DNA of 64,000 nt from the NCBI GenBank assembly GCA_041649255.1, contig JBAZNK010000015.1:17361-81360 (forward strand), read 5' to 3'. Position numbers and translations under genes: made by a program. The DNA comes from a bacterium. Its GTDB lineage: Bacteria; Hydrothermota; UBA3073; JACQXS01; JAQTXJ01. Positions 9,542-19,079 of the stretch are shown piece by piece. The stretch's first letter is position 1. The number at the start of each line of letters is the position of its first letter. The notes under the pieces were generated by a model, which was not told where the DNA came from, did not search any database, and saw only the letters and a program-made list of their open reading frames with translations.

Positions 9542-10783
9542 TCAAACTTTCCATTGTGCTTTCGGGACAAAAAAACCGTAATTTTTATCTACACCTGGCA
9601 AATCTGATGAAATATAGAATTTATCTATTCCCCGAGAAGTATATATAATCGTTCTCTTCTCTGCATCCCATACGGAAGCCCCTATTTTATATGTCCCGGG
9701 AATTAATAACGGAAGTTCCAACTTAACTTCTACAAAACCTTCCCCTTCTATGTTGCCCATTTTTATAGTATCAATGGCTGTAGTAGTAGCACAACATTGA
9801 ATACCATCAATAGTTCTTACTATTCCTACCGTAAACACAGGATTTTCTATTTTTTTATACGCATTATATGGTATTTTTGCAACTATAGTTTCCCCCATAC
9901 GGAAAGTATCCTTTCGCACCCCTTTCTCATCAAACAACTCTATTTCTCCAATATGAATGATTTTTGAATCTATATTTGTAATATTTTCTTTGTTTTTTAC
10001 GCCCGGCACCTGATTATAAACCCTTCTTTCATAATCATCAATAACTCTTTCGGAGTCACCGCTGTCTATTGTTTTTCCTTTTGATACTAAAATTGACTTT
10101 TTGCACAACCCTTTTACCGTAGTTAAATTATGAGATATGAACAGTATTGATTTATCTTCCATAAATTTCTTCATTCTTTCCAGACATTTCGCCTGAAAAC
10201 TTATATCGCCGACCGATAATATTTCATCTATTAACAAAATATCCGGCTCGCTGTGAATCGCTATCGCAAAACCCAATCTTATATACATACCGCTGGAATA
10301 ATGTTTCACGGGAGCATCAAGAAAATCCCCTATATCCGCAAAGTCCACAATGGAATCAAACTTCTCGTTTATTTCTTTTTTACTCATTCCTAATATCGCT
10401 CCATTAATATATATGTTTTCCCGTCCCGTCAACATTTGATGAAACCCTGCCCCGAGTTCTATAAGTGCACCAACTTTGCCCTTCATCTCTATCTTTCCCT
10501 TGTCCGGCATAAAGATTCCGTTCAGAAGTTTTAACAACGTAGTCTTTCCCGAACCATTTGGGCCGATAATTCCCAGCGCTTCGCCTTTTTTTAACTCAAA
10601 AGAAATCCCATCCAGCGCCCAGAACTCATCTTTTCGTAATTTACCGGAATTTCTGTTCATCCCAATGCTTGACTTTATAATGTCCCCCGCTCCGTATAAC
10701 ATTGAGTTCTTTAAACTCTTGCAGAACTTCTTGCTGACATTTTCTACTTTTACCACTGTTTCCGAACTTAAATCATTTTTCAT
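9542..10783 (-). CDS. Polysaccharide ABC exporter ATP-binding protein (Wzt/TagH-like) with extra C-terminal domain
   Basis: 413 aa with Walker A GPNGSGKTTLLK, the signature YSSGM and Walker B LLIDE, plus a ~160-aa C-terminal extension typical of glycan-binding Wzt proteins. Confidence 0.9.
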   Translation of the reverse strand: MKNDLSSETVVKVENVSKKFCKSLKNSMLYGAGDIIKSSIGMNRNSGKLRKDEFWALDGISFELKKGEALGIIGPNGSGKTTLLKLLNGIFMPDKGKIEMKGKVGALIELGAGFHQMLTGRENIYINGAILGMSKKEINEKFDSIVDFADIGDFLDAPVKHYSSGMYIRLGFAIAIHSEPDILLIDEILSVGDISFQAKCLERMKKFMEDKSILFISHNLTTVKGLCKKSILVSKGKTIDSGDSERVIDDYERRVYNQVPGVKNKENITNIDSKIIHIGEIELFDEKGVRKDTFRMGETIVAKIPYNAYKKIENPVFTVGIVRTIDGIQCCATTTAIDTIKMGNIEGEGFVEVKLELPLLIPGTYKIGASVWDAEKRTIIYTSRGIDKFYISSDLPGVDKNYGFFVPKAQWKV

Positions 10784-11001
10784 AATATTATTCTAAACAA
10801 AACAACAAACCACAAGATTTCACAGATTTTCACAAGATTACAACAAAAGGAAAAGTACGATCCCATTTTAGCTAACTTTTCCCTATTTTTCCTATATATC
10901 ACTCGTTATCGTTTTTGCAATATAATTTTTGCTTTGGAATCATTTTTTATCTTTACTTCGGATTTTTATTCGGGGGAACGGGGAAATAGGGTAAAAAAAA
11001 A

Positions 11002-11117
11002 CCCTGGCAGTACTTACTCTTCCATCCCGTCACCAGGATAGTACCATCAGCTCCTGAGGCTTAACGACCGTATTCGAAATGGGAACGGGTGTGTCCCTCA
11101 GAATATAACCACCAAGA
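11002..11117 (-). rRNA. rrf: 5S ribosomal RNA, not linked to a 23S gene
   Basis: The reverse complement reads CTTGGTGGTTATATTCTGAGGGACACACCCGTTCCCATTTCGAATACGGTCGTTAAGCCTCAGGAGCTGATGGTACTATCCTGGTGACGGGATGGAAGAGTAAGTACTGCCAGGG. Helix I pairs CUUGGUGG with CUGCCAGG. The CCCGUUCCCAU..GAA and AGAGUA(A/G)G..ACUGCCAGG blocks match the bacterial 5S consensus. Confidence 0.85.
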
Positions 11118-11128
11118 TTATGTTGCAG

Positions 11129-11156
11129 AGAATATGCAAATAAATAGTTTTGTCAA
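11129..11156 (-). promoter_or_regulatory. Candidate sigma70-type promoter for the orphan 5S gene
   Basis: The minus strand reads TTGACA (11156..11151), 16 nt, TATTCT (11134..11129), about 12 nt before the 5S 5' end. Confidence 0.4.
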
Positions 11157-11295
11157 TAACTTTTTACAAAAAAGTGTTTAAAAGTAAGTTTCGGATTAGA
11201 AAAAACGATTGACAAGAAGACCAATCATATTAAAATAAACGACAGTTTGCTAAAATTTTTTTATTTTGCGACTAAAGTGTAATAAAAGAATATAT

Positions 11296-11367
11296 GGCGG
11301 TGTAGCCAAGCGGTAAGGCAGTGGTCTGCAAAACCACTATGCAGCGGTTCGAATCCGCTCGCCGCCT
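11296..11367 (+). tRNA. tRNA-Cys (GCA)
   Basis: Cloverleaf folded by hand: acceptor GGCGGTG/CGCCGCC, anticodon stem GTGGT/ACCAC with loop CTGCAAA, T-arm AGCGG TTCGAAT CCGCT. Confidence 0.9.
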
Positions 11368-11492
11368 TGCAAAAAGGTATATAAGTAGTTTTTTAATTAT
11401 CTCATTCTATTTTTGCATTTTAATTTTTTTACAAACTCTTATGTTAATTAGAGATTGTTATCCCGTGTTAACGGGGGATTTTTGATTTAAAA

Positions 11493-12332
11493 ATGAATCA
11501 ATCTCCTTATGTTGTTTATACTTCAGATAAATCCGGGGCAAAAGGTTTGGGAATATGGAAAGATATGTTCCGGGAACTGCGGAAAAGCAAAGAGCTTATA
11601 ATCCGCTTGTTCCTGAGAGATTTAATCGGCAGATACAAGCAATCTCTTTTTGGATATTTCTGGGTGCTCATAAATCCTTTTGTTGCAATCGGAACATTTA
11701 TACTATTGAACAGAGCAGGGATTTTGAACATTAGACCGACGGACATTCCATATCCTTTGTTTGCATTGATAGGCTTATCTGTCTGGCAATTGTTTTCCGG
11801 TGGAGTAACGATAGGTTCTCATTCTATTTTAGCCGCAGGCAGTATGATTTCGAAAATAAATTTCCCGCGCGAAGCTTTGGTATTTTCAGCTATGGGACAG
11901 GTAATATTTGATTTCCTTGTACGATTTTGCCTGGTTATTTTACTTTTCATAGTATTCAAGTTTGTACCGAGTTGGGGAATATTGCTGTTCCCATTTGCGC
12001 TTATCCCGCTTATACTTTTAACGTTGGGATTAAGTATGATATTATCCGTCATTAATGCCGTAGTAAGGGACACTATGAATATGATATCCATACTTTTGAC
12101 TTTCTGTATGTTTTTGACGCCTGTTTTGTATCCCGTACCAATTAGATTTTCCAGGCTTTTTAAGTTTAACCCGTTAAGTCCGTTAATTACTGCGCCAAGG
12201 GATTTAATAGCGTATGGACATATAAAAGAACCAACGGGTTTCGTCATTATGTCTGTAGTTTCTGTCCTCGTATTTTTGGTCTGCTGGCAGATATTCCACC
12301 TCGCAGAGACAAAACTTCCGGAACGAATGTAG
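11493..12332 (+). CDS. ABC-2 type polysaccharide exporter permease (Wzm/TagG-like)
   Basis: 279 aa with about 6 hydrophobic spans and an N-terminal LIxRDLxxRYKQSxxGxxW motif typical of ABC-2 permeases. It is divergent from the ATPase gene. Confidence 0.8.
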   Translation: MNQSPYVVYTSDKSGAKGLGIWKDMFRELRKSKELIIRLFLRDLIGRYKQSLFGYFWVLINPFVAIGTFILLNRAGILNIRPTDIPYPLFALIGLSVWQLFSGGVTIGSHSILAAGSMISKINFPREALVFSAMGQVIFDFLVRFCLVILLFIVFKFVPSWGILLFPFALIPLILLTLGLSMILSVINAVVRDTMNMISILLTFCMFLTPVLYPVPIRFSRLFKFNPLSPLITAPRDLIAYGHIKEPTGFVIMSVVSVLVFLVCWQIFHLAETKLPERM

Positions 12333-12339
12333 TAGAAAT

Positions 12340-13503
12340 ATGCGTAGTTCACCCTCTAAACCATCTTTTCCAAAAATAGCATTTATAAAACCATACTGGG
12401 GAATACGAGAGTTTTTTTGCGGGACTTTCTATAGAGACTCCGAAGACAACAACTTCGTCGAAACGTTAACGGAAAAATTTAGGAACAAATTAAATATAAA
12501 AGGAACGATTATCCCCACAAGCAGCGGTAGAACGGCATTTGAATTAGCTCTAAAAGTTTTGAAAAACGAATATCCTAAAAGAGACAAAGTCGTAATCCCT
12601 ACTTATGGATGCAAAGGCACTTTTGACCCTGTAATAAAAGCAGGACTGAAACCTGTTTTAGTGGATATAGGAGAAGATTTAAACATAACGTCTTCCACAG
12701 TAAAAGATTATTTAAACACAGAAGTTTTGGCACTACTTATCCCCCATTTATCCGGATGTAAAGCAGAAATAGAGAGCTTGGCAAAAATGGCAAAAGAAAA
12801 AGGCATAATCGTTATTGAAGATGTATGCCAGAGTTTAGGCGGTAGAGACTCTAAAGGTTTTTGGGGAACACAATACTACATGGCGATTTTCTCGTTTGGA
12901 ATGGGGAAAAACCTGATGGCTACGTCAGGCGGGATGTTAGTTTCAAATATTCTTGAAAAAGAAATCCTTGAAGAATCAAAGAATTTGGGAAACGAAAACA
13001 CCGGGACGGTAAAGAAAAGATTTGAAAACGTAGTGTGGAAATATTTCTTAAAAAAGGATATTGAGTTTGAAAGCAGGAATATAATTAGTTCTTATAAATA
13101 CAATAAAATGCACCCGTTGGATGCAAGGTTATTGTCCATACAATTAGATAGACTGGAAACTGTTTTACAAAAAAGACGAAACAATGCCGAAAAAGTAATA
13201 AAAGCGCTAAAACAAACGGGATTGAAATTCCATTTACAGTGCGATAAAAATAATGTTTATACCAAGTTATCTCTAATATTTGAAAATGCAGACGAATGTT
13301 CCAAATTAAAAAGTAGTTTTCATAAAATGGGCATCGAGCCCGAAGAAATGTATACCCCATTGCATTTGAAAAATGCGGGAATAAAGTCTTGTTGCCCTTA
13401 TTCTGAAAAGGTGTACAAAAATATATTCAATATACCCATACGACCAAACCTCAAGAATAAAGAACTGAATATGATTTTTAAGGCGATTCTTAATGCTACG
13501 TAA
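12340..13503 (+). CDS. DegT/DnrJ/EryC1/StrS-family PLP-dependent sugar aminotransferase
   Basis: 387 aa. The segment ..EDVCQSLGG..FSFGMGKNL.. shows the active-site Lys context of this family. Confidence 0.75.
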   Translation: MRSSPSKPSFPKIAFIKPYWGIREFFCGTFYRDSEDNNFVETLTEKFRNKLNIKGTIIPTSSGRTAFELALKVLKNEYPKRDKVVIPTYGCKGTFDPVIKAGLKPVLVDIGEDLNITSSTVKDYLNTEVLALLIPHLSGCKAEIESLAKMAKEKGIIVIEDVCQSLGGRDSKGFWGTQYYMAIFSFGMGKNLMATSGGMLVSNILEKEILEESKNLGNENTGTVKKRFENVVWKYFLKKDIEFESRNIISSYKYNKMHPLDARLLSIQLDRLETVLQKRRNNAEKVIKALKQTGLKFHLQCDKNNVYTKLSLIFENADECSKLKSSFHKMGIEPEEMYTPLHLKNAGIKSCCPYSEKVYKNIFNIPIRPNLKNKELNMIFKAILNAT

Positions 13504-13684
13504 AACTATAGTAAAAAATGTAACAACTGGTAATAAATGTAATAACTGAAATCAATGTGACAGGTAGTATAATTAGTAACAATAAATTATAGCAAGCTCT
13601 TTGACGATAGTCATTAGAGATTGCTATCCAGAAGCGTAGTGTAGGACACTTTTTACAGTTCTTGCTTTTATTGCACAAAAAGGC

Positions 13685-13713
13685 TTGACTTTTTGTCAAT
13701 TATTCAATAAGAA
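13685..13713 (+). promoter_or_regulatory. Candidate promoter placing the cmk ATG at or near +1
   Basis: TTGACT (13685..13690), 17 nt, TAAGAA. The ATG at 13723 follows about 9 nt later, with no Shine-Dalgarno in between. Confidence 0.35.
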
Positions 13714-13722
13714 TACTACATT

Positions 13723-14367
13723 ATGGTTATTACAATAGACGGACCTGCCGGAAGTGGAAAATCTACAACTGCAAAACTTGTCGCACAAAAACTCGGATTC
13801 AAATATCTCGACACCGGCGCCACGTACAGAGTCGTCGCCCTTGCTGTCCTGAAAAATAATATATCCCCCTCAAATGAAAAGGAAGTAGAAAAATTAGTTC
13901 CCGAACTTAATATTCGTTTTGTAGATACAAAAATACTCCTGAATGATGAAGACGTTTCCTCCCAAATAAGAACCGAGGAAATCGGGAAACTCGCATCCCT
14001 TTGCTCCACATACAAAGGAGTCCGTGAAAATATGGTCAAACTGCAACGCAAAATAGCCCAAAATCAATCAATCGTTTGCGAAGGCAGGGATATGGGAACG
14101 GTCGTATTCCCGAATGCAGAAATAAAAATATATATGGACGCAAACGTTGAAACGAGAGCAAAAAGAAGAGAAAAAGAATTATCCGAAAAAGGAACTCCCG
14201 AAAGTTTCGAATCTATTATAGAAAGTATAAAGTCGAGAGATAAACAGGACAGCACAAGAAAACATTCCCCCCTGAAAATACCGGATGGTGCCATAGTTAT
14301 AGATACCACAAACCTCAGCATAGAAGAACAAGTCATAAAAATTACAGAAATAGTAGGCAGTAGGTAG
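13723..14367 (+). CDS. cmk: Cytidylate kinase
   Basis: ITIDGPAGSGKSTTAKLVAQKLGFKYLDTGATYR is the canonical Cmk N-terminus. Confidence 0.9.
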   Translation: MVITIDGPAGSGKSTTAKLVAQKLGFKYLDTGATYRVVALAVLKNNISPSNEKEVEKLVPELNIRFVDTKILLNDEDVSSQIRTEEIGKLASLCSTYKGVRENMVKLQRKIAQNQSIVCEGRDMGTVVFPNAEIKIYMDANVETRAKRREKELSEKGTPESFESIIESIKSRDKQDSTRKHSPLKIPDGAIVIDTTNLSIEEQVIKITEIVGSR

Positions 14368-14381
14368 GGAACAAAATAAAT

Positions 14382-15008
14382 ATGATGAAATTACGATACC
14401 GTATAGGCACAAAAGTCATTAACTATATGTGGACGATATTATTTGGATTTCAAGTGGAAGGCAGGGAAAATATTCTTGAAAATGTCGGTCTGATTATTGC
14501 TCCAAACCACCTGTCAAATTTTGACCCTCCATTGGTCGGAACTGCCGCATGGAACCGTGAATGCTACTTCTTATCGAAAACTTCGGTGTTTTTTTCCAGC
14601 AAGTTCGCCACTTTCATAATGAAAGCGTTTAATGCTTATCCTATTAACATAGAAAAACCGGAAAAAACCACATTCGATTATACTAAAGAGGTATTGCGCA
14701 AAAAATTTGCGATAATAATGTTCCCGGAAGGCACAAGAAGTAAAGTAGGGCATTTGAACGAATTTAACGAAGGAGTTGCCTGGATGGCTTTTCAATTCAA
14801 TGTTCCAATAATCCCGGTTCTCGTCGTCAATACAAATACTCCTCTTATTACCCAGATGTTTAGAAAAACCAGTGTGTTGATAAAACTCGGCAAACCAATT
14901 CCTACCGATTTTTATCGTCAATTTAAAAACTCAAAAGAAGCCCGTAAAATGATAACACGGGAATTAAAATCCCGTATTGAAGAAATGGCAAGAGACTTAA
15001 AAAAATAA
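14382..15008 (+). CDS. plsC: 1-acyl-sn-glycerol-3-phosphate acyltransferase
   Basis: HxxxxD motif (PNHLSNFDPP) and FPEGTRS motif. Confidence 0.85.
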   Translation: MMKLRYRIGTKVINYMWTILFGFQVEGRENILENVGLIIAPNHLSNFDPPLVGTAAWNRECYFLSKTSVFFSSKFATFIMKAFNAYPINIEKPEKTTFDYTKEVLRKKFAIIMFPEGTRSKVGHLNEFNEGVAWMAFQFNVPIIPVLVVNTNTPLITQMFRKTSVLIKLGKPIPTDFYRQFKNSKEARKMITRELKSRIEEMARDLKK

Positions 15009-15863
15009 ATGCGAATTTTTCTTATACCTAATTACGGATTTTGTTTTGGAGTAAAACGCTCCATAGATATTGCATATCACACGATAAAAAACAACAAAAC
15101 GCCGGCTTATACGTGGGGACACATAATACATAATCCCCAAGTCGTTGCTCAACTTGAAAAAACCGGTGTAAGCGCTTTAGACAGTCTTAAAGGAATAACA
15201 CCCGGAAAGTTAATCATCCGTTCACACGGGGTAAGCCCGGAATTTATACCCAAAGCCCAGAAAATGGGGTTTGAAATAATAGACGCTACCTGTCCTTTCG
15301 TTCAGAAAGCCCAGGAGTACGCAAAAAGATTGTGTAACGAAGGATACAACGTTGTGGTAATCGGAGCTGCGGAACACCCCGAAGTCCAGGGAATTATCGG
15401 ACATACAAATTTCAGAGCCACAGTCATAAACGAGATGAAAGCCATTGCAAAATTACCTAGAGTTCAAAAACTCGGCATCGTTTCTCAAACGACTCTTTCC
15501 CCGGAAATATTTGCGGAAATGGTAGGGAAACTTTTATCCAAAGCGGAAGAAGTCCGCGTATATAATACAATCTGCAGAGCCGTTATCTCACGCCAGCAAG
15601 AAACACTGGAATTGGCTAAAAAAGTTAAATTAATGATAATCGTGGGAGGAAAAAATTCGGCAAATACAAAAAGATTAGCCGAACTTGCGCGAAGTCAGGG
15701 GTGCGAAGCCTACCAGATAGAAACAAAAGACGAAATAAAAAAACAATGGTTCAAAAATAAATTATCCGTTGGCGTAACCGCTGGAACTTCCACCCCGGAC
15801 TGGATAATCCTTGAAGTCGTACAGGCTATAAAAAATCTGTCCCTTTCTAAGAAGAAACCCTGA
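15009..15863 (+). CDS. ispH: 4-hydroxy-3-methylbut-2-enyl diphosphate reductase
   Basis: 284 aa. GFCFGVKRSI, ATCPFV and SSNS-like GGKNSANT blocks match the LytB/IspH family. It ends at a TGA stop. Confidence 0.9.
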   Translation: MRIFLIPNYGFCFGVKRSIDIAYHTIKNNKTPAYTWGHIIHNPQVVAQLEKTGVSALDSLKGITPGKLIIRSHGVSPEFIPKAQKMGFEIIDATCPFVQKAQEYAKRLCNEGYNVVVIGAAEHPEVQGIIGHTNFRATVINEMKAIAKLPRVQKLGIVSQTTLSPEIFAEMVGKLLSKAEEVRVYNTICRAVISRQQETLELAKKVKLMIIVGGKNSANTKRLAELARSQGCEAYQIETKDEIKKQWFKNKLSVGVTAGTSTPDWIILEVVQAIKNLSLSKKKP

Positions 15864-16052
15864 CCTACCTATTGGAGCAACCCCATTGAAGATAGACAAA
15901 AAGAAGCGACCTTAAAAGGTCGCGCTACGTCACACGAAAGCACAAAAAAAAGGAAGGGAGTCACGAAAAGACATCCAACAGAGAGATTCTTCGTCTTCGA
16001 CTCAGAATGACAATCTCAAAAGGTTTGTTAGACCACTTTAGACGAATTGGCA

Positions 16053-18065
16053 CTATTTAATTAAGTTTATCTTCTTTATCTTTTTATGATTCCCGTCTTT
16101 TAACTCACAGAAATATATCCCGCTGCTTACCTTTTTCCCGTCATCGTTCCTACCATCCCAGATAATTTGGGAAATAGTTAATCGGAAATAGTTAATCGGA
16201 AATTGGCGAACCAAACGACCGGAAACGTCTCGAATCGTTAACTGCAAATTTTTTGTCTGATTAGCAACTCCGGAATAACTAATAACGGTTTTCTGAATGA
16301 ACGGATTTGGAGATATGTCCAATTGCAGATTTGGAATTTTGGATTGCGAGTTGGCGTTTTCTTCAATACCAACCAATTTCTTTGTTTTCAGAATCCAATT
16401 ATCAGGGTCAAAAATTACATTTTCAGGTTTTATATTCAAAGACAAATTAAATTGCTGATAATCTAAAGAATCTTCTAATACAAAACTTACGGTATCCCCG
16501 GTAAGATTATTTACTTTTATATCTATCGGCATCTTAAATGAAGGGACATTATAATTATGCGACTGCACTTGTTTGACAAATATGTTCAAGTTAAAACTGT
16601 CAACGGCAAGCGAGTCATACCAGAAAGCATACTCATAATCGGGATGTCCTGCCTTATATATCCATTCGTCAAAAAACCAGTCCAAATCTTTGCCATACAT
16701 ACCTTCAGCAAGGTTTTGAAAATCTGCCGTACTTGCAATTTTATATTTATAAGTAGCATAATAATTTTTTAGGATTGCAAAAAATAAACTATCGCCGGTC
16801 AGGTGTCTTAACATATGAAGCACGGAAGCACCTTTTTCATAAGTCGTGTTTGACCACAAGCCCTGTTCAGGTGGATTATAAATAGCAAAAGGATACCCCA
16901 GAGTAGAGTCTCCATATGTAAGATGCCAATCCATAATGCTTGTTTTCATATAATCTTTGTAAGATGCTCCGCTCTGCCAGTGTTCCGAATATAAAGCTTC
17001 ACAATAAGTGGCAAATCCTTCATTCAACCAGATATCTTTAGTGCTAATCGGAGTAATTGAGCCTCCCCACCACTGGTGAGAAGTTTCATGAGCAATCGTC
17101 ATCTCACGGGTATGGTCATTAGGTATGGGCAACGCAAAAAACACGTTTGTTGGATATTCCATCGCCCAACTTAAAGAAGGTAAGCGGACAAATCCATATT
17201 TTTCATTAAAAAAAGGATACTTGTCTCCAAATGTATCAGAAAAGAAAGTAAGCATATCCGGAACGTTAGAAAATGCGGTTAACGCACTCGCAGAATCAGA
17301 TCGGAATACGAAATTATTAACAGGCATAGTATCCCCTTTATAACTAAAAGTATCGCGCAGAATAACATATTTAGAAATTGAAAACGCTGCATACCAGGTA
17401 GGTATTGAATAATTTTCCACCCATTTATATTTACACTTTGTACTTATGGTATCGACTTTTTCCAGCAACCCGTTTGCTACCACATAATAAACTGAAGGAA
17501 CGGTTATTGAAAAACAGAACTTCGCCTTATCCGTAAAAACGTCATTACATGGGAACCAGTATCTTGCACCTACGGGCAACTCGCTTGTAGGCCATGGAAC
17601 ACTCATTGTATACGCAATTCCCGCATTAGTCGTGCTGTAATATAATCCTTCCGAAGGTGTCCCGTTATAGCCAACTCCGATTACAAAAGTATCGCCTGCC
17701 GTAATAGTCGTTCCCGAACTGACATTCAATAATGTATTTATTCCTGTGTCGGTTCTGCTATAATTAACATTAATTCCGTTAACCTTAATGCTATCAATAT
17801 TCAACCCGACGAAATTAAGTTTTGTAGTATCTATGTTTTCCGTTGCTACGGCAGTGATTTCTGTCCATCCTTTTGTTATTTGCTTGCCCGGGAAAGCAAT
17901 ATCAAGCAGGATATCATAATTTATTACATCATAACCTGAAATACTATCCGCTAAACTAAGTTTTGTATTAACTGTTTGTCTTGAAAGATTTTCGCGAAGG
18001 GATGACTCTTTTTCTGAGAATAAAGGCGTTCTAAAAGACAAAATAGCAATTATCAGTATCAACAT
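16053..18065 (-). CDS. M1-family zinc aminopeptidase with T9SS C-terminal sorting domain
   Basis: The zinc site HETSHQWWG-x18-E (WLNEGFATY) is the gluzincin M1 signature. The C-terminus ..SPNPFIQKTVISY..IRDVSGRLV..GIYFCELK..INLIK is a T9SS CTD. Confidence 0.85.
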   Translation of the reverse strand: MLILIIAILSFRTPLFSEKESSLRENLSRQTVNTKLSLADSISGYDVINYDILLDIAFPGKQITKGWTEITAVATENIDTTKLNFVGLNIDSIKVNGINVNYSRTDTGINTLLNVSSGTTITAGDTFVIGVGYNGTPSEGLYYSTTNAGIAYTMSVPWPTSELPVGARYWFPCNDVFTDKAKFCFSITVPSVYYVVANGLLEKVDTISTKCKYKWVENYSIPTWYAAFSISKYVILRDTFSYKGDTMPVNNFVFRSDSASALTAFSNVPDMLTFFSDTFGDKYPFFNEKYGFVRLPSLSWAMEYPTNVFFALPIPNDHTREMTIAHETSHQWWGGSITPISTKDIWLNEGFATYCEALYSEHWQSGASYKDYMKTSIMDWHLTYGDSTLGYPFAIYNPPEQGLWSNTTYEKGASVLHMLRHLTGDSLFFAILKNYYATYKYKIASTADFQNLAEGMYGKDLDWFFDEWIYKAGHPDYEYAFWYDSLAVDSFNLNIFVKQVQSHNYNVPSFKMPIDIKVNNLTGDTVSFVLEDSLDYQQFNLSLNIKPENVIFDPDNWILKTKKLVGIEENANSQSKIPNLQLDISPNPFIQKTVISYSGVANQTKNLQLTIRDVSGRLVRQFPINYFRLTISQIIWDGRNDDGKKVSSGIYFCELKDGNHKKIKKINLIK

Positions 18066-18089
18066 TTTAGTAAATATATCTATTTGATT

Positions 18090-19079
18090 TTAATTGGCAA
18101 GTTTTAAATTACTTAAAAACATCCTAAAATAATAATGTTCCTCTTTTATCTCACGCAATCTTCTAACATTCCACATAAAAGCCTTAAAAATCATATACAC
18201 TATATAAAATCTTGTCTTTTGTGTAATCTTTGCCCTGGGATTAATTTTATACCATATTTTAAGGAATCCGCCCGAGGCGGGTTCAAAATACAATTTTGAA
18301 TAAGCATTTTTATTCCATAAGAAATCACCAATATTCTGTAGAATAATTTTTATGGACGGAAACCCGACAATGGATTTACCAAGTTTATAAAATTTTAAAT
18401 ACGCATAAATTGAATTTCGCAAATCCATATAATATCTAAATTCGGCATTTTTAGAATCTTTTAACCAATGGTAAGCTTTTGCATTTTCTACATATTTTGC
18501 AGTTAATCCGCATATCTTACATCTTAAGAAAAAATCAAGGTCTTCGTTATAGATTTCATATCTTTCATCAAAATATTTATCCATTTTCGCCAGCGCTTTT
18601 CTTTGCATCATAAAAATCGCAGAAATCACGGGATATTCTTTTGCCGCAAAAATAGGAAAAATAGGAATTCCATTAGGAAAATACGGAACCGTATATAAAA
18701 TCACCGCCGGGGCGGGATGTTCCATATCATAATTACCGCCTGCCTGCCTGCCGTCAGGCATGGAGCGATTCATTTGAGCTAATAACTCGTTAATGCATTC
18801 TTTATCCAACCATACATCCGCATCTATAAAAACAAGAATATTCCCGCAGGAATTAACTATTCCAAGGTTTCTTGCGTAAGCCGCACCGCTTCTTTCCGAA
18901 GCACAAAAACACTTCACACCGGGATAATTTTTACGAATAAAATCGAAAGTATTATCCGTTGAAGCATCGTCTATAACTATTATTTCAAAAATATTATTAA
19001 GGGTTAAATTATAGATAGAATCTATACATTTTCCAACGTATTCCCGACTATTATGGGTGGGGATGATAAAAGATACCAT
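18090..19079 (-). CDS. Family 2 glycosyltransferase
   Basis: MVSFIIPTHNS..IVIDDASTDNT..ARNLG..DAD motifs. Confidence 0.8.
   Translation of the reverse strand: MVSFIIPTHNSREYVGKCIDSIYNLTLNNIFEIIVIDDASTDNTFDFIRKNYPGVKCFCASERSGAAYARNLGIVNSCGNILVFIDADVWLDKECINELLAQMNRSMPDGRQAGGNYDMEHPAPAVILYTVPYFPNGIPIFPIFAAKEYPVISAIFMMQRKALAKMDKYFDERYEIYNEDLDFFLRCKICGLTAKYVENAKAYHWLKDSKNAEFRYYMDLRNSIYAYLKFYKLGKSIVGFPSIKIILQNIGDFLWNKNAYSKLYFEPASGGFLKIWYKINPRAKITQKTRFYIVYMIFKAFMWNVRRLREIKEEHYYFRMFLSNLKLAN

Noticed and set aside
13496-13699. A 67-aa minus-strand ORF in the aminotransferase-cmk spacer.
   Set aside because: It overlaps the candidate cmk promoter, has no RBS or recognisable motif, and has a Cys/Ile/Asn-rich composition typical of a chance ORF.
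15861-16013. The TGA stop of ispH is followed by about 50 further in-frame sense codons before the next stop, which could suggest readthrough or Sec.
   Set aside because: IspH is already full length at 284 aa. The extension runs through intergenic repeat words and hairpins, has no protein-like motif, and has no Cys-aligned position.
16171-16203. A 14-nt tandem duplication (GAAATAGTTAATCG x2 + GAAAT) inside the CTD-coding part of the M1 peptidase gene; possible slipped-strand phase switch.
   Set aside because: There are only two copies. The reading frame is intact, and the encoded CTD (..RQFPINYFRLTISQIIWDGRNDDGK..) looks normal on both sides. There is no evidence of variability from a single sequence.
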